A stretch of DNA of 55,216 nt from a virus (Duplodnaviria > Heunggongvirae > Uroviricota > Caudoviricetes), in IMG/VR virus record IMGVR_UViG_3300047274_000273, positions 1 through 55,216 of that record. One strand, given 5' to 3'. Positions 10,373-19,709 of this stretch are shown in pieces (position 1 is the first letter of the stretch; each line of letters opens with the position of its first letter). The notes under the pieces were generated by a model that saw only the letters and a list, made by a program, of their open reading frames with translations, made no database searches and was not told where the DNA came from. Both the position numbers and the translations under genes were made by a program.

Positions 10373-10599
10373 TGCCTAAAAGACCCAAGCTAGAACCGCA
10401 AGTAGAAGAAGAATTATCCGAGAATGAAGAATTTATTTCTAGAGATGATATCGATATAGAAGTGGTAGTGGCAGAAGATGCTCCAGATGTATATGTAAAA
10501 TTTTCCGGGTTTGATGATCACGAGGATGCTGAAGAATATGCTCAATTTTTAGCAGACACCCTACCTTTACTACTTTTTGAAACAACGAGGTTACAATGA
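10372..10599 (+). CDS. Acidic hypothetical protein
   Basis: Coupled 75-aa ORF. Confidence 0.55.
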   Translation: MPKRPKLEPQVEEELSENEEFISRDDIDIEVVVAEDAPDVYVKFSGFDDHEDAEEYAQFLADTLPLLLFETTRLQ

Positions 10600-11456
10600 A
10601 AAAAATATTAATCATGGGATTGCCCGGTTCGGGTAAAACTTACTTTGCCGAGAGATTGAAAAAATTTCTCGAAGAAAATTCAACCATAGATCATATTCCT
10701 CCCGAAGGATTGATGTATCTAGAAATGTTACCGCATTCGTGGACGGCCAAAGTCAAATGGTTCAATGCTGACGAAGTTAGACAACGATACAACGACTGGG
10801 ATTTCAGTAGGGAAGGTCGAATTAGGCAAAGTATACGAATGGCCGAATTCGCACTAAAGTCTAATGCTGATTTCGTGATCTGTGACTTTGTTGCTCCGTT
10901 GCCTGAGATGCGACACAATTTCAAAGCAGACTGGACTATCTGGATCGATACTATCAGCGAAGGTAGATACGAAGATACTAACAAAGCATTTATACCGCCA
11001 GATGTCTATGACTTCAGGATCACCGAACAAAATGCTGAAAAATGGGTTGAGTTTGTAGGCATGCATATCTTGGAGAACAGACGCCGCCCAAAATTTGACT
11101 GGCAAAAGGAAACTGTGCAGATGCTAGGACGTTGGCAACCTTGGCATGACGGACATCGAGCACTATTTGAGAGAGCCATCGCTAAAACTGGCCAAGTAGT
11201 TATACAGATCCGTGATTGTCAAGGCTGGCAAGGCTCTAATCCTTTTGCAATTGAGCAGGTTAAAAACTTCATTAAAAAAGATTTAGATCCTATCTATCAA
11301 GGACAATACGAAATACAAGTAGTACCTAACGTTGTAAACATTACCTACGGTAGAGATGTAGGCTATAAGATCGAACAAGAAACATTCGATGAGTCAGTTA
11401 CTTCTATTTCTGCCACGGCTATTCGTAAACAACTTAAAGCAGCAGGTAAGCTCTAA
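10596..11456 (+). CDS. Adenylylsulfate-kinase-like domain fused to an HxGH nucleotidyltransferase domain
   Basis: GLPGSGKT P-loop, DFSREGRIRQ, ICDFVAP; C-terminal GRWQPWHDGH. Confidence 0.8.
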   Translation: MKKILIMGLPGSGKTYFAERLKKFLEENSTIDHIPPEGLMYLEMLPHSWTAKVKWFNADEVRQRYNDWDFSREGRIRQSIRMAEFALKSNADFVICDFVAPLPEMRHNFKADWTIWIDTISEGRYEDTNKAFIPPDVYDFRITEQNAEKWVEFVGMHILENRRRPKFDWQKETVQMLGRWQPWHDGHRALFERAIAKTGQVVIQIRDCQGWQGSNPFAIEQVKNFIKKDLDPIYQGQYEIQVVPNVVNITYGRDVGYKIEQETFDESVTSISATAIRKQLKAAGKL

Positions 11457-12034
11457 TGCCAGACATTGACATAGATTTTGTAGACCGAGAACAGGCACTA
11501 AAACATTTAAATTTTGTAGGTGCCAGCAGATTAGACGATAACCGTCTGGTCAAACACAATACCGGAGTTTATCTTCATGAAGTTCCGGTAGATGCGGTCA
11601 CAGGTCTGTGTCAAGTTCCCTATGAGCAAGCAGAAGAATTGGGTTACTTTAAGATTGATTTTTTAAATGTTGGAATCTACAAGGGTGTTCGTAGTGAAGA
11701 GCATCTTGTTCAGTTAATGTCAACGGAGCCATTATGGGATTTATTACAACAAACCGAATTTGTCGATCTGTTATTTCACTTGAACGGGCATGGGGATGTT
11801 CTGAAGAAGACCTGCCCTACTTCCGTGGAACAATTAGCTGCGGTCCTCGCTATGATCCGCCCAGCCAAACGTTATCTGATTGGGAAGCCATGGACGACGA
11901 TCATGCAGGAAGTTTGGACCAAGCCAGAGACTGGTGATTATTATTTTAAGAAAAGCCACGCTACTGCTTATGCTGTGGCCATCGTTGTGCAGATGAATCT
12001 AATCTGCGAAGGTGTGAGCTATGGCTTTAGTTGA
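11456..12034 (+). CDS. Miniature DNA polymerase III alpha (DnaE)-like protein
   Basis: PDIDIDF, FKIDFL, AMIRPA and FKKSHATAYA in 192 aa. Confidence 0.82.
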   Translation: MPDIDIDFVDREQALKHLNFVGASRLDDNRLVKHNTGVYLHEVPVDAVTGLCQVPYEQAEELGYFKIDFLNVGIYKGVRSEEHLVQLMSTEPLWDLLQQTEFVDLLFHLNGHGDVLKKTCPTSVEQLAAVLAMIRPAKRYLIGKPWTTIMQEVWTKPETGDYYFKKSHATAYAVAIVVQMNLICEGVSYGFS

Positions 12035-12602
12035 TCTAGACATCGATGCTTTTGCATCATCTCAGATTCAAAGTAAATTATGGCTTGTAAAAACTTTAGA
12101 AAAAACTCTACAAGAACATGAGCCGATCGAGCACGATCGAGGATATAAGATTTGGATATTGGCTGGTTGGTACGGTCTAGTAAATTTTCTTTTACAGGTA
12201 AGAAGTAACATTCGAATCGATCAAGTAAGATCATTTGATGTTGACCCTTCGTGTGCAGGTATCGCAGATCGAATCAACAGTTTATGGGTTTGGAAAAATT
12301 GGCAGTTCAAGGCCGAAGTTTATGATATTAACGAATTAAACTACAATAATCCCCCTGACATCGTAGTCAATAGTTCTGTAGAACATATGGCTCTAGATCT
12401 ATGGTGGGAGAAGATTCCAACAGGTACGGTGGTTTGCCTACAGGCCAGCGATATGGATCACGACGATCATGTTAATAAATTCCATAGCACACACGACATG
12501 CTAGTGTCTTATCCATTAAGTGATCTATACTACGAAGGCGTGAAAAGATTTGAATACGATGATTTCTCTTTTCATCGTTTTATGATAATAGGTGTTAAGT
12601 AG
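12021..12602 (+). CDS. SAM-dependent methyltransferase-like protein
   Basis: ILAGWYG, SFDVDP, VVNSSVEHM. Confidence 0.6.
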   Translation: MALVDLDIDAFASSQIQSKLWLVKTLEKTLQEHEPIEHDRGYKIWILAGWYGLVNFLLQVRSNIRIDQVRSFDVDPSCAGIADRINSLWVWKNWQFKAEVYDINELNYNNPPDIVVNSSVEHMALDLWWEKIPTGTVVCLQASDMDHDDHVNKFHSTHDMLVSYPLSDLYYEGVKRFEYDDFSFHRFMIIGVK

Positions 12603-12966
12603 GTTTTCGTACTAGAGTAATACTTTTACGCTTGATTCTCTTAACAATAATATCATTAAGGCTGGTACATGGTCCTAGATTGACCTTGACATCTTTGGTA
12701 GAAAAATTCCGTATAGCGTAGCGAAATTCAGCTATTTCTTTGAGTAGAAATATGTTGATCGGAATTTGACGGTTACTTTCCCACCACCATACTTCACCTA
12801 GTTCTAAAAACTTTGCTTTATCTGGATCGCTTTTAATCAGGCTATAATCATACATACTAGTGACTTGAGAATCCTGATTTATGATGATGCCTACATATTC
12901 CTGATCTACGTGAGTTAGTATACTGATAAATGGAAAATTTTGTTGTAAGTTTTCTGTTATTCTCAT
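12595..12966 (-). CDS. Hypothetical protein
   Basis: 123-aa ORF with a WWWESNR motif. Confidence 0.65.
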   Translation of the reverse strand: MRITENLQQNFPFISILTHVDQEYVGIIINQDSQVTSMYDYSLIKSDPDKAKFLELGEVWWWESNRQIPINIFLLKEIAEFRYAIRNFSTKDVKVNLGPCTSLNDIIVKRIKRKSITLVRKPT

Positions 12967-12995
12967 AGATAAATATTGCTAAGGGTCCAAAAATT

Positions 12996-13823
12996 ATGCA
13001 AGCAATTTCAGTTTATTTATATCCAAACAAACTAGATGTATTTACTAATTTACCAGACTCTTGGACTTCAGAGAGGTATCGCAGAGTGTACAATAGAACA
13101 TTAAAATTATATCGTGGTGTAACTAACAAGGTAGATATCCAGGTTAGAAATTCTGATGAAAAAGCCCTAGACATCACAGGCTACACTCTAGTCTTTAATC
13201 TAATCAACCAAGAAACTAAAGAACTTATCCTACAACAAGATTTCCAACCGATCGACGGTAGTAGTCTTTTAAGAGGTAGATTAAGTGTCAATCTAAGCGA
13301 ATCAGCTCTAGAAGGAGTTGAGCCAGGCTTCTATAACTACACAATAGTCAAAGAAATAAGAACCCAAATTGGCAATAATTACACTGTGACAGAAAGAACA
13401 CCTCTGTACATAGACAGCCAATATGGAACTTTTGCTGCTCTTGAGATCCACGATAATTTACTCGGAGAACCGCTAGACAGTGAAAAAATTATAGCATTCA
13501 ATCAATACAATCCGTTTGAAGATCCTAAATATTTTATCAGTAGTATCATTGATGCGAGACCAGAACTGTCGACTACACAGAGCCTACATACTTTCCAATT
13601 TAATATGACTCAGTATCACGGGCAAATCGTTATACAAGGTTCCCAGAGTGAGGGCGGTAATCCACAGATTTGGGTCGATCTTGAAGACGGAACCTTTGAT
13701 CTCTCAGGCGAATCTATAGCCTACAAAAACATCGTCGGTAAATTCAATTGGTTTAGGATAAAGCATTTACCAGATACTTCTATTAACAATTACGGATCAG
13801 TTGACAGCGTACTATACAGATAG
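12996..13823 (+). CDS. Putative virion structural protein
   Basis: Beta-rich Ig/BppU-like N-terminus; TAAATA at 12970. Confidence 0.5.
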   Translation: MQAISVYLYPNKLDVFTNLPDSWTSERYRRVYNRTLKLYRGVTNKVDIQVRNSDEKALDITGYTLVFNLINQETKELILQQDFQPIDGSSLLRGRLSVNLSESALEGVEPGFYNYTIVKEIRTQIGNNYTVTERTPLYIDSQYGTFAALEIHDNLLGEPLDSEKIIAFNQYNPFEDPKYFISSIIDARPELSTTQSLHTFQFNMTQYHGQIVIQGSQSEGGNPQIWVDLEDGTFDLSGESIAYKNIVGKFNWFRIKHLPDTSINNYGSVDSVLYR

Positions 13824-13835
13824 TATACTGTTTGT

Positions 13836-14864
13836 ATGACCCTGGTTGTTGACAAATTTCGTTCGCTACTCCCACCTCGAGCTAAACACAGCCCTTCTGG
13901 CTGGACTAGCTTTAATGCTCCTTGCTGCCAACATCGAGGTCATAGCCCTGACACACGTAAGCGAGCAGGAGTTCGATTCGACGGCAGCGGTATTGTCTAT
14001 AATTGTTTCAACTGTAAATTTACCACAGGTTGGCAACCAGGATCGCCTTTTGGCGAAAAGATGAAAACCTTATCTCGATGGTTAGGTGCCAACGACGATG
14101 ATATCAAAACCATGACCTTCGAAGCTCTTAAGACCGAAGGCGAAGAATATCAGCCCACCGAATATCAACACAAAGTAGATTTTGAAGAAAAATCTCTGCC
14201 AGACCATGCCATGTCGTTAATGGAGTGGAGCGGAATCATCGAAGGTGAAATTGAAGAACAGCTAGGCGCCCAATTTGTTGAAGTGCTACGATATCTTATG
14301 AATAGGGGCTATGATAACCCGTTTAATCATGATTTTTATTGGAGCCCTACTCCGGGCTATATTGATCGTGTTATCATTCCGTTTCGATGGCAAGGTAGAA
14401 TAGTAGGCAATACTGCGAGAAAGATCACCACCGGTAAACCTAAATATCTTTCTGATCAACATCCTTATTTTGTTTTTAATGTTGATACACAAAAAGAAGA
14501 ACATCAGTATGTGTTTGTCTGCGAAGGCCCGTTTGATGCGCTAGCCATAGGTGGAGTTGCTCTACTCACTAACGAAGTTAGTCCACAACAAGCTCGAATA
14601 ATTAATAGTATAGGCAAACAAGTAATAGTGATTCCCGATCAGGATCGGGCAGGTATTGTATTGATTTCACAGGCAGCTGAATTGGGTTGGTCCGTGGCAT
14701 TTCCTAATTGGCAAGACGATGTAAAAGACTGTGCAGAAGCGGTATCAAAATACGGAAAATTATTTACTATAGTCGATGCTATTGAAACATCAACTAATAA
14801 TCTTGCAAAAATAGAAATAGAAAAAAGAAGATTATTAACGAAATTGGAGATATCGAATGTATAA
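13836..14864 (+). CDS. DNA primase (gp61-like, zinc finger plus TOPRIM)
   Basis: CC..H...CFNC zinc site; VCEGPFDA and PDQDRAG TOPRIM motifs. Confidence 0.88.
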   Translation: MTLVVDKFRSLLPPRAKHSPSGWTSFNAPCCQHRGHSPDTRKRAGVRFDGSGIVYNCFNCKFTTGWQPGSPFGEKMKTLSRWLGANDDDIKTMTFEALKTEGEEYQPTEYQHKVDFEEKSLPDHAMSLMEWSGIIEGEIEEQLGAQFVEVLRYLMNRGYDNPFNHDFYWSPTPGYIDRVIIPFRWQGRIVGNTARKITTGKPKYLSDQHPYFVFNVDTQKEEHQYVFVCEGPFDALAIGGVALLTNEVSPQQARIINSIGKQVIVIPDQDRAGIVLISQAAELGWSVAFPNWQDDVKDCAEAVSKYGKLFTIVDAIETSTNNLAKIEIEKRRLLTKLEISNV

Positions 14865-14973
14865 AAAGATTTTAGATTTTTTGTTATATCCCATAACAAA
14901 ATATAGAGAACATCGGGCTTGGAAAAAACGTCTAGCTGAGCTTAAGAAGCGTGATCCATTTATCTACAAATGA
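14857..14973 (+). CDS. Small basic protein (38 aa)
   Basis: MYKKILDFLLYP...DPFIYK; overlaps both neighbours; not in the supplied ORF track. Confidence 0.5.
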   Translation: MYKKILDFLLYPITKYREHRAWKKRLAELKKRDPFIYK

Positions 14974-15940
14974 TTACCTGGGGAATAAATGCATTAAATC
15001 ACGATGCCAGCATTGCTGTAATGGTTGATAACGAACTACGTTTCTGGAGAAGAGCCAGCGAATATTCGAATATCAAAGGCGACGATAAACTAAACAGCGG
15101 ATTGATCAGAGATGCACACTAAATGCCGGTGGCGGGCGAGGTCCGGGAGATATTGTTTGGTATGAAAGACCATGGTTAAAAAAATCTAGGCAGTTGTATG
15201 CAGGACAGTATCGTTGGGCATTTGATTTTACAGAATTACCATCTGTGTACCTGAAAAAATTTAAATTAGATTATGCCAAGATACACTACATACCACACCA
15301 TCTAAGTCATGCTGCTGCAGGATTCTTAACTTCGCCGTTTACTGATGCAGTGGTTGTGGTATTAGATGCCATGGGTGAATGGGAGTCTGCAACTATCTGG
15401 CAGGGCCATCAGAATAGTCTTAAAAAATTATGGAGTCGCAGTTATCCTACTAGTCTTGGCTTGTTCTATTCTGCATTCACAGATCTTATAGGACTGCAAC
15501 CAGTAGGAGAAGAGCATTTCTTACAACAGATGAGTGAGAGAGGAGACCCTCATCGATACGGTGGAACCGTTTACGCATATTGGAAACGAAATTGGCGGTT
15601 GAAACACAATCTCCATAGAGGTGTAAGAAATTGGCCGCACCCCATACAAACAGATCAAGATCGATACGATATTGCTGCTGCTGTGCAATCTGTTTTTGAA
15701 CTGCAGGCCTATGAAGTCATACAGACAGCTAAACATCTGTCCACTAGCAGGAATCTAGTATATATGGGAGGTTGCGCCATGAACTCTAAATTCAATAAAA
15801 TATTGCCCGATGAGTTTGATCATACATGGAGTTTACCTATCCCAGGTGATGCAGCCAGTTCAATGGGTGCTGCTTTATACTTTAAAAAGACCAGACACAG
15901 ATACAAGGGCGATCTTGCAAAACACTTAGAAATCAAGTAA
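14970..15940 (+). pseudogene. Carbamoyltransferase N-terminal (Kae1-like) domain, frameshifted near 15117
   Basis: MITWGINALNHDASI in frame 3; YERPWLKK, HHLSHAA, LDAMGE and GGCAMNS in frame 2; an extra CA at 15117-15118. Confidence 0.8.
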
Positions 15941-15949
15941 AATAACTAT

Positions 15950-17374
15950 ATGATAAAAGATTACGGATACGAGATACAAAAACTTTATCTAGAATTGATG
16001 CTGGCAGATGCAGAAATATTTGTACGCTGTCAGGGTATTTTCGATCATACACTATTTGATCGTAAGCTACAAGATGCTGCCGAATTCATTAATATCTATG
16101 CTAAAGAATACAATGTTCTGCCCGAGTATGACATGGTCAATGCCAGTTGCAGAATCGACCTTAAGCGTCCAGAGGAAATAAAACAAGGACACAACGATTG
16201 GCTCATGGATGAGTTTGAAAATTTTACTCGTCATAAAGCCCTAGAACGTGCGATCATCAATTCGGCAGATTTACTTGAAAAGAAAGATTATGGCCAAGTA
16301 GAATCTATGATCAAAGAAGCAGTTCAGATTAGTTTGACCAAAGATCTAGGCACTGACTACTTTGAAGATCCTAGAGCACGTCTCATGCGCATCAAAGATA
16401 AAAATGGTCAGATCAGCACAGGTTGGCCTAGTCTTGATCGTAGGCTATTTGGCGGTATGAACAGAGGCGAATTGAACATCTTTGCAGGCGGATCAGGTGC
16501 AGGTAAATCTTTGTTCTTGGCGAACTTGGGCGTGAACTGGTGTTTGCAGGGACTGAATGTTCTGTATCTAACATTAGAACTTTCCGAAGATCTAGTCGCC
16601 ATGCGTATTGACGCGATGACCACCGGCATATCAACAAAAGAGATTTTTAAAGATCTAGAAAATGTTGAAATGAAGGTTAGGGTGATCGGTAAGAAAGCAG
16701 GTAAGCTACAGATCAAATACATGCCATCGGGTAAGACTGCCAACGACCTACGTGCATATATGAAAGAATTTGAAATTAAGACCGGCAGTAAAATTGATGT
16801 GCTGTTAGTCGACTACTTAGACTTATTAATGCCGGCTAGTCGTAAGATTTCCGCAGAAAACCTGTTTATCAAAGACAAATATGTGTCAGAAGAACTGCGT
16901 AACCTAGCAATGGAAAAACAATGTATTCTTGTAACCGCAGCACAGTTAAATCGCGGTGCTGTTGAAGAAGTGGAGTTCGATCACAGTCATATCTCGGGTG
17001 GACTGTCAAAGATCCAAACAGCAGATAACGTGTTTGGTATTTTTACATCCCGGGCTATGCGTGAGCGTGGCAGATATCAAATCCAGTTGATGAAGACTCG
17101 TTCATCTAGCGGTGTTGGACAAAAGGTTGATCTAGAATTTAATCTAGAAACACTTAAGATCAGCGATTTACCTGAAGAAGAACAAGAAAGTCATAACGGT
17201 GCTAGTCGCGGTAGTTCTAGCATCATTGAACAGATCAAACGTAAGACAGAAGTACAGCGTGAGGAACCATCAGACGGCACACCAGCTCCTAAAGTAAGAG
17301 CCCACGTAGAAAGTACCAAACTACGTGAGATTCTTAACAACATGGGCGGTGATGATGAAGACTCACCGTTTTGA
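15950..17374 (+). CDS. Replicative DnaB/gp41-like helicase
   Basis: AGGSGAGKS Walker A, YLTLEL, LVDYLD, TAAQLNR. Confidence 0.93.
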   Translation: MIKDYGYEIQKLYLELMLADAEIFVRCQGIFDHTLFDRKLQDAAEFINIYAKEYNVLPEYDMVNASCRIDLKRPEEIKQGHNDWLMDEFENFTRHKALERAIINSADLLEKKDYGQVESMIKEAVQISLTKDLGTDYFEDPRARLMRIKDKNGQISTGWPSLDRRLFGGMNRGELNIFAGGSGAGKSLFLANLGVNWCLQGLNVLYLTLELSEDLVAMRIDAMTTGISTKEIFKDLENVEMKVRVIGKKAGKLQIKYMPSGKTANDLRAYMKEFEIKTGSKIDVLLVDYLDLLMPASRKISAENLFIKDKYVSEELRNLAMEKQCILVTAAQLNRGAVEEVEFDHSHISGGLSKIQTADNVFGIFTSRAMRERGRYQIQLMKTRSSSGVGQKVDLEFNLETLKISDLPEEEQESHNGASRGSSSIIEQIKRKTEVQREEPSDGTPAPKVRAHVESTKLREILNNMGGDDEDSPF

Positions 17375-17606
17375 AATAGCTCGTTACTTTCCCGGAGAAT
17401 CAGACGGCACGGGCAATATCTATATAGATTGGCCCAGTGTACACAAGCAGGCAGGAATCGATCATATACAATGGATTACAAATCAAGATCCTCTAAAATG
17501 TCAGATGGTCTTAGAACGGCGTCCCGACGATTCTTATGTGTATGTGATAGCTGAAATTTACTCAGATAAGCTAGCTACACTCTACGGACTGTTATGGGCT
17601 AAATAA
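17352..17606 (+). CDS. Hypothetical protein
   Basis: ATG at 17352 overlaps the helicase end. Confidence 0.5.
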   Translation: MMKTHRFEIARYFPGESDGTGNIYIDWPSVHKQAGIDHIQWITNQDPLKCQMVLERRPDDSYVYVIAEIYSDKLATLYGLLWAK

Positions 17607-17609
17607 TGG

Positions 17610-18323
17610 ATGCGTTTAAGAGAATTAAAAGAACGATCAGAGGTCGTGACCGTAAATCGTCGTCTAAATCCCAAGATTTGGAACGATGCTGCCCTCAAGC
17701 CAGAAGTTAAATCTAAACTCATAGAAATCGCCCGTGCATTCGAAGAATTTGTGGGCATAGAGCTGGAAGTTGAAGATTATACTATCACTGGTTCTAATGC
17801 CAATTATACCTGGACTGAGTACAGCGATCTAGATCTGCATTTGATCATTCCCGGCACCCCCAGCGACGAGCAGCGAGAACTATTCAATGCTAAAAAAGCT
17901 CTATGGAGCGAACAGCATGATATCTCTATCAAGGGTCTACCTGTAGAATGCTATGTACAGGGCCAAGACGAACCGCATCATTCAACTGGTGTATATTCTC
18001 TTACCAAGAACGATTGGTTAGTCAAACCCAAGAAAGTTAAACCTAAGATTGACGATGCAGCCATCGAAGCTAAAAAAGATGCTATTCTAGCACAGATAGA
18101 ACATGCTCTACTCAGCAAAGATCTAGATCGCCTTAGAGCAGTTAAAGATAAAATCACACAGATGCGCAAAGCAGGTCTAGAACGTGCCGGTGAATGGTCA
18201 GTGGAAAACCTAGTGTTTAAGATTCTGCGCAATCTAGGTCTTATTGATCAAATCACAGAAAAAATAAGAGAGCTGGAAGATTCCGAGCTCTCTTTAGAAC
18301 AACAAGATAATCTTTTAGATTAA
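17610..18323 (+). CDS. Pol-beta superfamily nucleotidyltransferase
   Basis: TGSNANY...SDLDLH (GS plus DxD); PVECYVQ supplies the third acidic residue. Confidence 0.8.
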   Translation: MRLRELKERSEVVTVNRRLNPKIWNDAALKPEVKSKLIEIARAFEEFVGIELEVEDYTITGSNANYTWTEYSDLDLHLIIPGTPSDEQRELFNAKKALWSEQHDISIKGLPVECYVQGQDEPHHSTGVYSLTKNDWLVKPKKVKPKIDDAAIEAKKDAILAQIEHALLSKDLDRLRAVKDKITQMRKAGLERAGEWSVENLVFKILRNLGLIDQITEKIRELEDSELSLEQQDNLLD

Positions 18324-18454
18324 TCCATTCGATAACACTCGTACACATCCCAGCTAGAAATTTTATATACCATAAAATCTGTGGCCTGGGCAAGAGTTTC
18401 AAAAATTCTTGAGGACAATGTGCCTCCAGTCATGTAATAAGATACCTTATACAT
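18320..18454 (-). CDS. Small protein (44 aa)
   Basis: MYKVSYYMTGG...; TGATG coupling with the BI-1 gene. Confidence 0.5.
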   Translation of the reverse strand: MYKVSYYMTGGTLSSRIFETLAQATDFMVYKISSWDVYECYRMD

Positions 18455-19140
18455 CAGTCTTTGCGTTCACCGAACAGTTGTAGTAGGCTTAAGAACAGAT
18501 TGATGAAATCTAGATACAGAGTCAATGCACCCCAGATCTCAAATTTACCATCACTTTCATAACTGACTATTTCACGGATCTTTTGTGTGTCGTAGGCAGT
18601 AAGACCTGTAAAGATCAATACAGCGATCGCTGAAATAACCATCTGCATCACAGAACTACCAATAAAGATATTAACGATGCTGGCGATGATGATAGCGATA
18701 AGACCAATGAATAAAAACTGTCCTAGACTGGTTAGATCTCGTTTAGTAAAGTATCCGTAGAAGCTCATAACACCAAACAAGATAGCACCACTCATAAATG
18801 CACTCACGATCGAGCCTAGATTATAGACCACAAAGATAGTGGCAAAACTCAGTCCCATCAGTGCGGCAAACCCGTGTAGGAAAAACTGTAGCGTGGTCTT
18901 GCTCATCTTTTCAAAGGCAAAGCCTGCTACCAAGATAGCTACCAAGGGTGCGAAGATCACTATCCATTTCATAGCGCCTGTGAAGAAAAACGCCATAGCC
19001 GCTGGCGAACCTGCTACCAGCATAGAAACGATCATACTGGTCAACACAGCCAATCCCATGTGACCATATACTCTACCCATGGCAGAGTTGATATCGCTGG
19101 CCGAACGAGAAATGCCCTGTGTCATAGTTGTGTCAAACAT
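18454..19140 (-). CDS. Bax inhibitor-1/YccA family membrane protein
   Basis: About 7 TM segments; LTAYDTQKI and ALTLYLDFINLF signature. Confidence 0.92.
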   Translation of the reverse strand: MFDTTMTQGISRSASDINSAMGRVYGHMGLAVLTSMIVSMLVAGSPAAMAFFFTGAMKWIVIFAPLVAILVAGFAFEKMSKTTLQFFLHGFAALMGLSFATIFVVYNLGSIVSAFMSGAILFGVMSFYGYFTKRDLTSLGQFLFIGLIAIIIASIVNIFIGSSVMQMVISAIAVLIFTGLTAYDTQKIREIVSYESDGKFEIWGALTLYLDFINLFLSLLQLFGERKD

Positions 19141-19268
19141 ATTGGACTCCTTTAAGTTGTTTATATGTTTATTATAGTGTAAAATATTTAATATGTCAAG
19201 CCTAAAATGTCTGTAAAATCAGGTTTTTTAGTGAAGATAATAAATACGCATATAATAAGGTTGAAAAA

Positions 19269-19703
19269 ATGTTGCACATCATCGATAATCTACAAGATAC
19301 CCTACTTTCATTGATCAAAGACGATCCAGTACGTCCCGAAATTCCTGCAGACTTTCGGGTAGATCAACATGGGAAAATCTTCGTGCTCAAAGATGAAGAA
19401 GGCCATCCGTTGGCCGTGACCTGTGTGAAATTTTTAGCCGACATTCCACAAAATGTCGAAGACCTTACCACCCTAGCAGTGAACTCAAACACTGCTGTAT
19501 TCTATACTATTTGGTCGTATGCTTCGGGCGCAGGCCGTGAATTGATCGGTGAAGCCCAGTCTTGGATACGCAGCAATCGCCCTGAGGTGAACACCTATGT
19601 TACTCTAAGTCCAAAAACAGAAATGGCTAGGAAGTTTCATCACAAGAACGGTGCTACTACCTATAGAGAAAATCCAGATACTGTAAATTATCTGTATCAA
19701 TAA
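19269..19703 (+). CDS. GNAT-like protein resembling the malonyl-CoA decarboxylase catalytic domain
   Basis: AVFYTIWS..GAGRELI...VTLSP. Confidence 0.5.
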   Translation: MLHIIDNLQDTLLSLIKDDPVRPEIPADFRVDQHGKIFVLKDEEGHPLAVTCVKFLADIPQNVEDLTTLAVNSNTAVFYTIWSYASGAGRELIGEAQSWIRSNRPEVNTYVTLSPKTEMARKFHHKNGATTYRENPDTVNYLYQ

Positions 19704-19709
19704 CGTATA

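Noticed and set aside
15110-15125. Programmed ribosomal frameshift in the carbamoyltransferase
   Set aside because: No X XXY YYZ slippery heptamer; a simple CA duplication explains it
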